Source: Desulfobacterales bacterium
GTDB lineage: Bacteria; Desulfobacterota; Desulfobacteria; Desulfobacterales; UBA5852
DNA length: 64,000 nucleotides
NCBI GenBank assembly: GCA_963674755.2
Contig: CAXXVS010000003.1
Location: 224,001 to 288,000 of the forward strand
Direction: 5' to 3'
Part shown: piece by piece, positions 50,744 to 61,804 of the stretch
How positions within the stretch are numbered: position 1 is the stretch's first letter
Layout: every line of letters begins with the position of its first letter
Notes under the pieces: model-generated
What the model was told of the DNA's origin: nothing
The model's input: the letters and a program-made list of their open reading frames with translations, nothing else
The model's database searches: none
Position numbers and translations under genes: made by a program

Positions 50744-53527
50744 CTAGGCCTGCGCTTCGAGCTTTTTCACACGCACCGCGCAGGCCTTGTATTCCGCCGT
50801 CAGGGTGACCGGGTCGAAGGCCGCATTGGTCAGCCAGTTGGCATTGGCCTCCCGGAAGTGAAAGGCCATCCAGACCATCCCCCGGGGGACGCGCTCCGTA
50901 ACATGGGCTTTGACCTGCACTTCGCCGCGCCGCGATTTGACGCAAACGGTTTCTCCCTGACCGATTCCAAGGGCCGACGCATCCAGGGGTGACATGTCCA
51001 CCGTCTCCTCCCCCAAGATGTCGTTCATACCCTCGCAGCGCCCGGTTTGGGTACGGGTGTGGTAATGGGCCAGCCGGCGCCCGGTGCTGAGCACCAGGGG
51101 ATAGTCCTCGCAGACCACTTCGGCCGGAGGGGTCCACTCCGCAGGGTTGAATACGCCCAATCCGCAGGTGAAATCCCCATCCTTGTGCAGAAAGCAGGTG
51201 CCCGGGTGGTTTTCGTCCGGGCAGGGCCACTGTAAACCATCGCCTTCCAGTCGCGCGTATTTGATCCCGCACAATTGGGGTGCCAGGACCGCAATCTCAT
51301 TGTCCCAGAGTTCCTGGGCGCTGTCCGAGGCCCAAGCATGTCCCAGCCGTTTGGCAACCTCCTTGAAAATCCACCAGTTGGGTCTGGACAGGCCGGGGGC
51401 CGCACTGGCCGTGCGCACCCGGCTGACCCGGCGTTCGCTGTTGGTGAAGGTGCCCTCGTTCTCGCTCCAGGCCGCGGCCGGCAGGATCACGTGAGCGAAC
51501 CGTGTGGTCTCGTTGGGGAAGATATCCTGGCAGACCAGGAATTCGGCCGAGGCCAGCTCGTGCTCCACCTTGTGGATGTCGGGCTCGGTATTGGCCATGT
51601 TCTCACCGAAAATGTAAAAGGCCCGCACGGATTTATCCACCAGCCCTTCCATCATCTGGGGAATCATCAGTCCATTTTGGTCGGGCAGCCGTTCCACACC
51701 CCAGGCGGCGGCAAACTTCTCCCGGGCCTCGGGTTTGGTGACCGGCTGATAACCGGGATAGACGTTGGGCAGGGCCCCCATGTCGCAGGCCCCCTGGACG
51801 TTGTTCTGGCCGCGCAGGGGGTTCACCCCGCCGCATTCCACCCCCATGTTGCCCAGCAGCATCTGAAGATTGGCTACGGACAGAACGTTGTTGCGACCGC
51901 AGGTATGCTCGGTGATCCCCAGAGTATAACAGAGCATCATGGGCTGGACCGAGCTGATGCGCCGGGCCGTCTCCCGAATCAGATCCGCCCCGATGCCGCA
52001 GATGGGAGCCGCCTTTTCCGGCGGGTAGGCCTGCACCTTTTCCTTGAGCTCTTCAAAGCCCACGGTGCAGGAGTTAACGAACTTCAGATCATAAAGCTCT
52101 TCCTCGATCAGCACTTGCATGACGCTGTTCAAGAACGCAATGTCCGACCCCACCCGCAGGGGCACGTGCAGTTCGGCGTGGTCCACCAGGGCGTGCCGCC
52201 GGGGATCCACCACAATCAGCCGCGCGCCGTCGGCCACCGCGTTCTTGACGAAGGTGGACGCCACGGGATGGGCTTCCGTCATGTTGGAGCCGATCACCAT
52301 AATCATCTTGGCCCGGGCGAATTCGTTGAACGAATTCGTCATGGCCCCGCTACCAAATGCTGCCGCCAGACCGGCGACGGTGGGCGCATGTCAGGTACGC
52401 GCGCAATGATCGATATTGTTCGTACCGATCGCTGCGCGAAACAATTTCTGCATCTGGTAGGAGTCTTCGTTGATGCTGCGGGCACAGCTGACCCCGGCGA
52501 TGGCGTCGGGGCCGCTTTCCGCGATAATGGTTTTGAAACGATCCGCCACGAGGTCCAGGGCTTCCTCCCAGGAGGCCTCGCGAAAGTCGTCCCCCTCACG
52601 GATGAGCGGGGTCTTCAGGCGGTCTTCGGAATAGATGAAATCATAGCCGAAACGCCCCTTGACACACAGCCGGCCTTGGTTGGGCTCGGCATCCTCCACC
52701 CCGGTGACCTTAACGATGCGCCCGTCCTGGACGTGCAGCCACTGCTGACAGCCCACCCCGCAATAGGGGCAGGTGGAACGGACCTTCTCGTCTTTCCAGG
52801 GCCGCCAGGTGTAACGGGCCTTCTTCTCCACCAGAGCCCCCACCGGGCAGGCCTGGACGCACTCCCCGCAGAAAACGCAGTCCGATGCCGCCAGGGGGCG
52901 GTCGCCGGCCGCCACGATCTTGCTCTCCGATCCCCTGTAGCCGTAGCTGATGGCCCGGTTGACCTGCACCTCGTTGCAGGCCTGAACGCACCGGCCGCAG
53001 AGGATGCAGCGCGAAAAATCACGCACGATCATGGGATTGGCCAACTCGGGCGGCTCCCCGGTCTTGGCGGTGCGGGGGTAGCGGTCGCTGCGGGCCTGGT
53101 AAGCGTAGGCCAGCTCCTGGAGCTTGCAGTCACCCCAGACCGGACAGAGCTCGTCGGTCTGGTCGGCCTTCTGGACCTTCAGCTGGAACGCGGTCCAGTC
53201 ACCGTCGTCATCCGCGGGAACGGCACAATTGTGATTCCCGGAGGCCAGCAGCAGCTCCAAGATGGTGCGCCGGGCGGCAACCACCACCGGGGATTCCGTT
53301 TTCACCACCATTCCGGGCCCGGCCGGCGTGCTGCAGGCCGGCAGCAGTGTCCGGGCGCCCGTCACTTCCACCACGCAAACCCGGCAGGCGCCTGTCGGGG
53401 TGGTGCCTTTGAGATGGCACAGGGTCGGGATGGTAATGCCATGCTCTTCGGCCACTTCCAACAGGGTCTGCCCCCGCCTGAATGACAGGGATTGGCCGTT
53501 CATGATGAGGGTTTCCATTTCCGACAT
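50744..53527 (-). CDS. fdhA: Selenocysteine-containing formate dehydrogenase alpha subunit (927 aa, cytoplasmic, N-terminal 2Fe-2S/4Fe-4S)
   Basis: ORFs 52391-53527 and 50744-52342 are in frame across the TGA at 52391-52393, giving DHCART-U-HAPTVAGL..FGSGAMTNS. RGQNNVQG motif present. Confidence 0.93.
52362..52378 (-). promoter_or_regulatory. Bacterial SECIS hairpin
   Basis: GTCGCC-GGTCT-GGCGGC stem-loop begins 12 nt 3' of the in-frame UGA, as in fdhF-type SECIS elements. Confidence 0.8.
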
Positions 53528-53563
53528 GGCGTTCTCCTTGAAGAGGTACGCGCTGCGCCGCCG

Positions 53564-55651
53564 TCAGGCCGCTGCTTTGCGTACCGTTACGTAGTGCTCC
53601 TGCATGGCCATGGCGCCGCCGGCCTTGTCCCATTTGTCCAACCCGCCGCCCATGAGCCGCTGTTCAGCCAGCCCTTTGCCGAAAGCCCGGCTTTCCACCG
53701 GCAGGGTGTGACCGAAGCCATGCAGCACGAAAACGGCTTCGGGATGAATCATCTCCGTCACTTTGACCGCAATGGTGCCGCTGGCACCATTGGCCGACAC
53801 CTGGGCCTGGTCGCCGTCGGCGAGCCCCAGCCCGACGGCGGCGGACGTATGCATCCAAAGCGTGTTTTCCGACACCTGTTCGGAAAGCAGCGGATTGTTG
53901 GCGGTATGGCCCTGGGTGTGGACCCCGCAACGGCCGAAGGTGATCCGGAATTGCCCTTCCGGCGGATGGGAGCCTTCATAGGGTTTGAGGGACGGCAGCC
54001 CCTGGGCCTCCCACTTGGGCGCGATGATCTCGACCTTGCCCGATTCGGTCTTCAGCCCCAGATCGCCGGGCTGCCGGTAGCGGGGGCCGTCGGCCAGGGA
54101 AACATAGCCCTTGGCATCGAAGTCTTCCCGGGTCACGCCGGTGCCCTTCAGTTGGTAGTCCCAGATGTCTTCAATGGAATCGAAGCCCAGGGCATCGAGC
54201 CCCAGACGCTTGGCCAGACCGCAAAAGATTTCCCAGTCGGCCCGGGTGTCGTAACGCGGGGTGACGGCCCGGCGACGCATGAAGAAATAGGGATTTAGCC
54301 CGTTTTTGCAGGCGATGATCGATTCCCGCTCCAGGTAGGGCGACAGGGGCAGCACCACGTCCGAGTACCAGGCCGTATCCGACCAGGTGAAGGTGACCGA
54401 CACCAGGAAGTCCAGCTTGTCCCAGATTTTTTTCAGGGCCTCCGGATCGGGGAAGCCCATCAGGGGATCGTGGCGGTAGGCGATATAGGCTTTCACCGGG
54501 TAAGGATCTTCCGTGCGGATGGCCTCGAAACCCAGGTGCAGCAAACCCGGGCCCTTGTCGAACTGGGGATGGCGCCAGCCCACGCCGTCGGCCCGCTTCT
54601 CATCAGGCGCCGGAAAGAGATCCACCAGCGCCTGCAGCCCTTTGCCCCCCACATCGGCCGGGGTGTTGGCCCGGGGCAAACCGCCCTTAGCGCCGACGGA
54701 GCCCAGCAGAGCGTTGATGATATAAATGGTGCGGGACATGTAAAAGGAGTCGTTGTAGCGGGCCGTCATCCAGCCCGGATGCCAGAGAACGGCGGGCTTG
54801 GCCGTAGCCAGCTCCCGAACGAAATTCACCAGTTCCTCAGCGGGCACCCCGGTTTCCTTCTGGGCCCAGTCCGGTGTGTAGGGTCCCACAAAGGCCCGCA
54901 GGGTATCGAGATCCTTGATATGGCGGGTAGCGAAGTCCGTATCGTACAGACCATGACTGAGCAAAACGTGAATCACGGCCAGGTTGAAGGCATAGTCCGA
55001 ACCGGGCCGGATCATGAAAAAGCGGGTGGCCTTGGTGGCCGAAACCGTGGCCCGGATGTCGATCACGGTCAATTTGCAGCCCTTCTCCAGCGCGCTCATG
55101 AGGTCATTGACCTCTTTGACGTTGATGGCCTCGAATAGGTTGCGGGTCTGGAGCACCACATGCCTGGCGTTTTTCAGGTCGTAGACCACGCCCTTGCGGC
55201 CAAAACCGAAAACAGACTGGGCCGCATGGTGGACGTTACGGGCACAGGAGGCGTCGTGGTTGGTCCAGTTGGGGGATCCCACGCCCCGCATGAAGGCCCG
55301 ATGCAGATCCCGAAACGGTCCGCCCCGGTCCGAGAACAGGATACTGCGGCCGCCGTGGGCATCGATCACCTTCTGCAATTTCTCGGCCGTGTAATCCAGC
55401 GCTTCATCCCAGCTGACTTCCTTCCACTTGCCTTCCCCCCGGGCCCCTTGACGAATCATGGGCGCCCGGGGACGTTCGGCATCTTCGATGAGGGCCTTGC
55501 CGGCCGCACCGCGTCCGCACAAAGCGCCTTCGACCCCCTTGACATGGGGGTTGCCCTGAATGAAGCACACCTGACCGTTTTCGGTCTCCACCTGAATCGG
55601 GCAGCGTACGGTGCACATGCCGCACACGCTGAACACTTTTTCTGTCGCCAT
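53564..55651 (-). CDS. Molybdopterin oxidoreductase, PsrA/PhsA-like, no Tat signal
   Basis: CGMCTVRC...C 4Fe-4S motif near the N-terminus, HDASC putative Mo ligand, SDTAWYSDVVLP, HGFGH. GGAGG RBS. Confidence 0.88.
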   Translation of the reverse strand: MATEKVFSVCGMCTVRCPIQVETENGQVCFIQGNPHVKGVEGALCGRGAAGKALIEDAERPRAPMIRQGARGEGKWKEVSWDEALDYTAEKLQKVIDAHGGRSILFSDRGGPFRDLHRAFMRGVGSPNWTNHDASCARNVHHAAQSVFGFGRKGVVYDLKNARHVVLQTRNLFEAINVKEVNDLMSALEKGCKLTVIDIRATVSATKATRFFMIRPGSDYAFNLAVIHVLLSHGLYDTDFATRHIKDLDTLRAFVGPYTPDWAQKETGVPAEELVNFVRELATAKPAVLWHPGWMTARYNDSFYMSRTIYIINALLGSVGAKGGLPRANTPADVGGKGLQALVDLFPAPDEKRADGVGWRHPQFDKGPGLLHLGFEAIRTEDPYPVKAYIAYRHDPLMGFPDPEALKKIWDKLDFLVSVTFTWSDTAWYSDVVLPLSPYLERESIIACKNGLNPYFFMRRRAVTPRYDTRADWEIFCGLAKRLGLDALGFDSIEDIWDYQLKGTGVTREDFDAKGYVSLADGPRYRQPGDLGLKTESGKVEIIAPKWEAQGLPSLKPYEGSHPPEGQFRITFGRCGVHTQGHTANNPLLSEQVSENTLWMHTSAAVGLGLADGDQAQVSANGASGTIAVKVTEMIHPEAVFVLHGFGHTLPVESRAFGKGLAEQRLMGGGLDKWDKAGGAMAMQEHYVTVRKAAA

Positions 55652-55724
55652 ATCGACCTCCTCCGTTCTGGGCCCGTGCCGCTGCAATACGGCCGCTGCC
55701 CTGATAGTTGATGATAGCGGAAAC

Positions 55725-57359
55725 CTATTTGCCAAAGCCGCACTTGGGAAACGTGCAGGTTTTGCACCCCAGGCAAAATCCGCCTTCGGCCAGCCGGGCC
55801 AAATCGCGGCGCGTTATATCGATACCGGCCAGCAGCCGGGGAAGCACCAGATCGAAGCTGGTGGCCTTGTGGTAGAGGGCGCAGGCCGGCACGCCGATGA
55901 CCTGAACGGCACCGATCTGTGCCAGCAGAAGCATGGCCCCGGGCAGGACCGGCGCGCCGTAACGCAGACGCGTGGCCCCGGCATCGAGCAGCCCCTGGCG
56001 GGTCACGTCATCCGGATCCACCGAAAGCCCTGCTGTCGTGACCAGCAAATCGATCTGGGACTGCTGCGCGGCAGCGACGGCGTCGGCAATGGCCGCCCGA
56101 TCGTCGGGAACAACGTCCTGCCACACCACCTGGCAATCCAGGCGCGCCACTTTGTTGCGGATGATGGGCGCAAACCCGTCGACAATCCGCTTTTCAAAAA
56201 CCTCGGTGCCGGTTACCAGGATACCCACCCGGGCCCGGCGCAGGGGCTTCACCCTGAACAGCGGACCGCCGCTCAACACCGCCATGGCCCGCGCAAACTG
56301 CCCTCTAGACAGATACAGGGGGATCGCCCGTGTGGCCGCCAGGGCGCGACCGGCCTGCACCACCGAAAAGCCCTGACGGGCGGCGCACATCACGCCTTCG
56401 ACCATATTGAAGGCTTCCAGCAGGACGCTGTCCACTACCAGCAGTCCGTCCTCACGAGCGGTAAAGGTGATCTTGCCCTCCCGGGGCGCGCCGTCGCAAG
56501 CAACCCCCTCGCCGGCCATGGCCGCTGCAAAAGCGCGCGCCGCATCGTCTTCATGGATCCAGTCCGATTCCGGCGGCGAATTCTCTTCCACATAGAGGTG
56601 GCGTTTTCCCATGCGCTGCAGCCGGCAAATGTCGCCGACTTCGATGACCTGGCCGCGGCGGAAGACCGGCCCTTTGGAGCGTCCCGGTTCCACTTGGGTT
56701 AAGTCATGCAGCAACGGCAGCCCCACGGCATGGTTCAGGGCCACTGTGTTCACCACCGGCGCCGACAGGCAAACGGCGTCTTCCTGGACGCAGGGCGTCT
56801 CATAGGGCGCTTCCCCCTGGCAGCCCCGGCAAATCGCCCCGTGCAAAGCAGGATAGCCTTCGCCGCAAATGGGGCAGGGTGTCATGGCCCCGCGGGAGGC
56901 TTTGCCCCGCAAGCGGGCTGGCACCGTTACGTGCTGGTAGCTGCAGACCGCGGCCCCGGCCGACTTCATTTCCGCCAGCAGACGCTCCTTGTCCTGGGCC
57001 TTTTTGGGTTTGCGCTTGTAATACCATTCCTCGACGGCGGGATAGGCGGCCAGTTTGGCTGTATCGACAAAGGCTCGCAGGCCCTGCCCGTTCTCCTTGT
57101 CGTAAAGGGTAACGGCATAACGGCCCAGATTGATGACCCGCAGCCATCCATTGCCCGCCGTGCAGGGGGTCAGCAGCTGAACCGCATCCGGCAGGCAGGC
57201 CGACGTTTCGCACAGGGCGTCGTGGAGCCGGTCCTTGGGGAGCTGCTTCTGGAGGGAGGCCACCATATAGCCCCCCAGCAGGATGCCGGGGGCAACGCTG
57301 CCGTGAAACGATTTCACCAGATCGAGAAAATCATCCAGTGTATAAGGTCCGATAACCAT
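55725..57359 (-). CDS. FmdE + Zn finger + molybdopterin-binding (MoeA/CinA-like) fusion
   Basis: FHG..PG..LG, C.PDAVQ.LTPCT.GN, CPICGE...C.GC, G.SVDPDD.T, YGAPVLPG. Confidence 0.88.
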   Translation of the reverse strand: MVIGPYTLDDFLDLVKSFHGSVAPGILLGGYMVASLQKQLPKDRLHDALCETSACLPDAVQLLTPCTAGNGWLRVINLGRYAVTLYDKENGQGLRAFVDTAKLAAYPAVEEWYYKRKPKKAQDKERLLAEMKSAGAAVCSYQHVTVPARLRGKASRGAMTPCPICGEGYPALHGAICRGCQGEAPYETPCVQEDAVCLSAPVVNTVALNHAVGLPLLHDLTQVEPGRSKGPVFRRGQVIEVGDICRLQRMGKRHLYVEENSPPESDWIHEDDAARAFAAAMAGEGVACDGAPREGKITFTAREDGLLVVDSVLLEAFNMVEGVMCAARQGFSVVQAGRALAATRAIPLYLSRGQFARAMAVLSGGPLFRVKPLRRARVGILVTGTEVFEKRIVDGFAPIIRNKVARLDCQVVWQDVVPDDRAAIADAVAAAQQSQIDLLVTTAGLSVDPDDVTRQGLLDAGATRLRYGAPVLPGAMLLLAQIGAVQVIGVPACALYHKATSFDLVLPRLLAGIDITRRDLARLAEGGFCLGCKTCTFPKCGFGK

Positions 57360-57394
57360 TCGGGGTTCTTCCTTTCCAATAACCGACGGCGAAT

Positions 57395-58141
57395 TCAAAC
57401 AGCGACCTGTGCGGGAAGGACCGAGGACTTGTCCGCGGCGGTCGGCGCAGCTGGGTGGCCCCTCCTCCGATGTGCCACCAGAAAGGCGCTGTGATAGCCC
57501 GGATCACGGCAGGTCCGCGCGATATGGCGTCCCAGCAGACGGTAGGTCGCATCATTGAAACGGCATTGCCAGGTTGGCCGGGGGGCACCGCCGGTCGAGC
57601 CAAGCCGCATGGCATCGGCCACTTGGGACAGGCGATCTTGCAAAGCGCCCAGAAATGTCTCCGACAACCATCCGGAACCTTTCAGACGGTCCATAAAATC
57701 GGGCAGCAGGGCCGGTTCGACAATGCGGCTGATGGCATTGCGACGGAACCAGTCGGTGAACGCGGCAAACGATAAGTCGCCGGGGTTGAGCTGCTCGGAA
57801 AGCCCCCGGTGGCGGTCTTTCACGATCGGGCGATCGACTCCCCGCACATGGATCTCGATCCGCCGCGGATTGACCAGCAAATCCCCGGCGGCACCAATCT
57901 CGCCGCAATCGGCGTAATAACCGGCGCACAGCAGCGCCAGCTCGGCCAAACGAGCCATCATCAGCCAGTAACAAGCCGAATGGGGCGGCCCCAGGCGGCC
58001 CACCTTTTCGCGCCAGGCCGCAATCTGGTTTTCGTTGACCGTGTATGGCACCACCTGCTGATCGAGCAGGCGATTGAGGTCGCCGAAGGGCCGCACAGCG
58101 GGGCGAGCATCCATTTGGGGCGAAGCGAGCGATCCGTTCAT
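57395..58141 (-). CDS. Hypothetical protein
   Basis: 248-aa ORF co-oriented with the Mo/W cluster. No motif recognised. Confidence 0.6.
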   Translation of the reverse strand: MNGSLASPQMDARPAVRPFGDLNRLLDQQVVPYTVNENQIAAWREKVGRLGPPHSACYWLMMARLAELALLCAGYYADCGEIGAAGDLLVNPRRIEIHVRGVDRPIVKDRHRGLSEQLNPGDLSFAAFTDWFRRNAISRIVEPALLPDFMDRLKGSGWLSETFLGALQDRLSQVADAMRLGSTGGAPRPTWQCRFNDATYRLLGRHIARTCRDPGYHSAFLVAHRRRGHPAAPTAADKSSVLPAQVAV

Positions 58142-58304
58142 CTGGCCCTGATCCCGGGCGGGTTTTTCCGATGCGTTTCTGATATCAAGGAATACACAGG
58201 TTCATCCTTCGATCGGCCATGCGGCACACCGGCTTGGACGGACGCATAAGCATACCAAAAGCGATTTCCGTATTCGAAAATGTGATTAGCGCATTGCGCC
58301 ATAT

Positions 58305-58320
58305 ATGTCAATTTTGATAT
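58305..58320. promoter_or_regulatory. Palindrome, candidate operator for the ModE-family regulator
   Basis: ATGTCAA-TT-TTGATAT in the AT-rich divergent intergenic region. Confidence 0.35.
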
Positions 58321-58455
58321 CGTTATAAAAGGTCGTTGGGGGTCCGTTGCGGTTCGTTTTTTCCAAGATCGTAATTGGATTCGACCAGGACGAACCTATA
58401 AGACGATTGTCTGAAAGAGGGGCTTTTGATAGAGGGAATTAAGATTGGAGGCGGT

Positions 58456-58812
58456 ATGACGGCCACGGATAAAACGATCGATTATTGCATTCGCTCCAAA
58501 CTCTGGATTGAAGATGCCGCGGGCCAGGTGGTCTTCGGCTTGGGGCGCTATCGCATCCTGGATGCCATCGACCGCCTGGGATCGCTGCAGGCGGCCGCTA
58601 AAGATCTGCACATGAGCTACCGGGCGGTCTGGTGCCGCATTAAGGCCTCCGAGGACCGCATCGGCAGGCCTCTCGTGATGCGCGCGGGTCGCGGGTCGCG
58701 CTTGACGCCCCTGGCCTTAAAACTGATGAAACAGTATCGGCGCATCCAAACGGTGGTGGAGAAGGAATCGGATGACGTCTACGACGATCTGATGTCCGAC
58801 CATCTCACCTGA
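58456..58812 (+). CDS. ModE-family winged-helix regulator (DNA-binding domain only)
   Basis: SKLWIE...FG.GR..IL.AI...GSL.AAAK.L.MSYR.W, LTP. No Mop domains. Confidence 0.9.
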   Translation: MTATDKTIDYCIRSKLWIEDAAGQVVFGLGRYRILDAIDRLGSLQAAAKDLHMSYRAVWCRIKASEDRIGRPLVMRAGRGSRLTPLALKLMKQYRRIQTVVEKESDDVYDDLMSDHLT

Positions 58813-58840
58813 CACCGGAGGGCTCAGGCGCCCCGTCCCA

Positions 58841-61804
58841 TCACCTTCCGCCGGTCCGGCCTAAGGTCCTCCGGATGGCGTGGGCCAGGGTTTCCACGCT
58901 GTAAGGTTTGCGAATAAACCCGGTCGCCCCCAGCCGCAGCGTTTCCTGGACACGTTCCGTCTCCGCAAAACCACTGACCACCAGGGCTTTCTGGCCGGGG
59001 TGCCGGTTCAGGACCGCCCGATAGGTATCCAGCCCATCCATGCCCGGGGACATGATCATGTCGAGCAACACAAGATCCACCCCTCGGGTTTGCAGGTAAT
59101 CCAGCGCCGCCTCCCCGCTGGCCACGGCGGATCCTTGATAATTGAGGGATTCCAGAATCTCCAGGGCGATGGCCTGCTGCTCCGGGTCGTCGTCCACCAC
59201 CAGTACCGTTTGTCGGTCGCCCTCGAGGGCGGCCAATTCCGGCGCGGATGGGGTCTGCCGCACCGCCCGCCGCGTGACCGGAAAATACAGATCGAAACGC
59301 GTCCCCTGGCCCGGGGCGCTGTTGACGTGAATATAGCCCTGGTGATCCTGAATCGTCCCCCACACCACGGCCATCCCCAGCCCGGTGCCGCTGCGGCCCA
59401 TTGTTTTGCGGGTATAGAAAGGCTCAAAAATCCGCTCCACTTCATCGGGCGCCATGCCCGGACCTTTGTCCGTCACCCGCAGCACCACGAACTCCCCCTT
59501 TTCGATGTCCTGGTACCCCTTCAACGGCTTGTCGATATAGCGGTTGCGCGTCAGGATGGTAATCGATCCGCCTCCGGGCTGGGCTTCAAAGGCATTCGAG
59601 ATGAGATTCATGAGGGCTTTTTTCAGGTGCAGGGGCGAGCCTTCGATGGGCAGCAGGTCCGGCGCCAATTCCGAAATCACCCGGACGCCGGGATTCGCGG
59701 CGCGCATGTGAAGATATTCGGCGGATTTGAGATGCTCGCGAACCACCTGGTTGATGTCCAGCACTTCCCTGTTCTTGACCCCCCGCCGGGCCAGGGTCAG
59801 AAGATCCTGAACAATCTCGGCCGCTTTTTCGCCCGAAGCCTTCATTTTCTCCAGATGGTTGCGAATGGGGCTGTCCGGAGGGAGCTTCATCAGTATCAGG
59901 CTGGGATAACTGACGATGCCGGCCAGGATATTGTTGAGATCGTGGGCCACGCCTCCCGCCAGGAGTCCCAGGGCCTCCATTTTGCGCGCCCGCTCCAGTT
60001 TCTGCTGGAGTTCGGCCTTCTCCATCAATGCCTGCCGCCGTTGGGTGATGTCCCGGGTTACCCCCAAAAGGCCGTAGGGCTGTCCGTCCTGATCGCATAG
60101 AAAGCTGACGGTCATTTCGACCCATACCCCGCGGCCTGCTTTATGTAAAAGAATATGCTCAAGGGTCACGGCGCGGGAAAAATCGTTCCGGGCAGCGCTG
60201 TCGGCATATCCTCTGACGAACATCCGGTGAAATTTCTCCCACGTACCGGTGGGCATGATATCTGCCAGCTCCCCGCTTTGGATATCTTCCACACTCCACC
60301 CCAGGATCTTCTTGACCGCTGGGTTGATGTACGTAAAGCGGAGATCGAGATCCATGATCCAGATAATATCTTCGATGTTATCCGCCAGAAAGCGGTATTT
60401 CTTTTCACTTTCCGTCAGGGTCGTTTCCACCTTTTGGCGTTCGGTGATATCGACCCCCATGCCGACCAGGTAGCGCTGCCCGTCCATAACAAGCGCCGAA
60501 CCGGTAAACAGATAAGGCACCATGCTTCCGTCTTTGGATACGAGATGCGCCTCCGCATGGCTGCCGCCCTGGGCCATGGCTTCCCGGAGGCCTTCGCTGA
60601 TGGTGTTCTGCTCCTGATGGGTAAAGAAGTCCAGAATATGGCGGTCCCGTAATTCATCCGCTGCATATCCGGTGACCTCTTCCAGATTGCGATTCCAGCT
60701 CACGAGATGGCCGGCTTCCGAGAAGAGATAGAACACCCCGGGCAGACTGTTAATGATCGTCTCCGATAAAATCTTCTCCCTGAGCAGCTCCCGGTACATA
60801 AATTTATATTCCGTAATATCCCGGGCCACGCCCTGGGTGCCCCGGTAACGGTCCGGGTGCACCTGGCCGGCCTCGTACAAACCTTCCGCACTCACCAAAA
60901 AAACCGGCGGCCCGAAGCTTTCGCCGCCCACCGGGGGGGACGGCGGAATAGAGGCCGGTCGGTCGAACAGGCGCACTTCCATATTATGGGTACGGCGCCG
61001 TCCCGTGCGGCGCTCTTGCAGGCGGTGGGCGACCGTCGAACGTTCCTGCGGATGGACAAAATCCATCAGGGAACGGCTTCGCAGTTCATCGGGGTCGTAG
61101 CCGTAGCGTCGGACCGCGTCGCTGATATAGGTGATCCGGTTGCGGACATCGAGACGGTAGATAATATCCGGTGTGAAGCGCAGAATCGAAGCATATTCTT
61201 CTTCCTGGTCCCGGAGAATCTTCATGATACCCAGCCAAGATGATTTCAGGCGTCCCAGACTCCAGACCGCCCCCAGCATGACCACCGCCGCCGTGGAAAT
61301 TCCGGTGGCCCAGCCTAGCAGAGAACGGTTGTAGTCCGCGGATGGGACGCCGGCCCCCATCCAGCCCGTTACGAAGCCCGCCCCGGCAAGCCCCCCGACG
61401 ACCAGTGCGGCCAGCGTGGCGGCCAGGCCGGCTTTAGGACCATCGACCATGGTGGCGATCACCACTCCGGCAAACAGGAGTAAAAATCCCTGTCCGTTCA
61501 ATCCCCATGCCATCACGCCCGTGCCCGCATACACCATCAAGGCGGCCAGAAAACCATAGGTTCGCCCACGAAACGACAGCCGACGCCGGAACATCAGCAA
61601 AACAACAACGACGCCCCAGGCGGCCGCCTGGACACTGGCCCCCCACTGCCACCCGAACTCGGCGGCACGCGCCATGGAGACCAGAACCACCGGTATACCG
61701 ATCACGGTCATGACCGCGACGAGCCGGTCCAGGAGATCCTGGAAGGCCGTCAGAGGATCGGGCTCCGACGATGGTGAAGCATCATGGTGAATATCCTGCT
61801 GCAT
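58841..61804 (-). CDS. Membrane-bound multi-PAS hybrid histidine kinase with receiver domain
   Basis: TM region, three PAS domains, H-box AHDLNN, N/G boxes (NL.SNA, D.GPG, GTGLG), receiver (VVDDD, LLDMIM, KP). Confidence 0.93.
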   Translation of the reverse strand: MQQDIHHDASPSSEPDPLTAFQDLLDRLVAVMTVIGIPVVLVSMARAAEFGWQWGASVQAAAWGVVVVLLMFRRRLSFRGRTYGFLAALMVYAGTGVMAWGLNGQGFLLLFAGVVIATMVDGPKAGLAATLAALVVGGLAGAGFVTGWMGAGVPSADYNRSLLGWATGISTAAVVMLGAVWSLGRLKSSWLGIMKILRDQEEEYASILRFTPDIIYRLDVRNRITYISDAVRRYGYDPDELRSRSLMDFVHPQERSTVAHRLQERRTGRRRTHNMEVRLFDRPASIPPSPPVGGESFGPPVFLVSAEGLYEAGQVHPDRYRGTQGVARDITEYKFMYRELLREKILSETIINSLPGVFYLFSEAGHLVSWNRNLEEVTGYAADELRDRHILDFFTHQEQNTISEGLREAMAQGGSHAEAHLVSKDGSMVPYLFTGSALVMDGQRYLVGMGVDITERQKVETTLTESEKKYRFLADNIEDIIWIMDLDLRFTYINPAVKKILGWSVEDIQSGELADIMPTGTWEKFHRMFVRGYADSAARNDFSRAVTLEHILLHKAGRGVWVEMTVSFLCDQDGQPYGLLGVTRDITQRRQALMEKAELQQKLERARKMEALGLLAGGVAHDLNNILAGIVSYPSLILMKLPPDSPIRNHLEKMKASGEKAAEIVQDLLTLARRGVKNREVLDINQVVREHLKSAEYLHMRAANPGVRVISELAPDLLPIEGSPLHLKKALMNLISNAFEAQPGGGSITILTRNRYIDKPLKGYQDIEKGEFVVLRVTDKGPGMAPDEVERIFEPFYTRKTMGRSGTGLGMAVVWGTIQDHQGYIHVNSAPGQGTRFDLYFPVTRRAVRQTPSAPELAALEGDRQTVLVVDDDPEQQAIALEILESLNYQGSAVASGEAALDYLQTRGVDLVLLDMIMSPGMDGLDTYRAVLNRHPGQKALVVSGFAETERVQETLRLGATGFIRKPYSVETLAHAIRRTLGRTGGR

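Noticed and set aside
51275..53485. Long antisense ORFs (e.g. 736 aa here, 492 aa at 7557-9035, 427 aa at 35915-37198)
   Set aside because: These are shadow frames opposite well-supported genes in GC-rich DNA and have no recognisable motifs.
50744..53527. Formate dehydrogenase as a split gene or pseudogene
   Set aside because: The stop is an in-frame UGA at the catalytic position with a SECIS hairpin, so it is selenocysteine.
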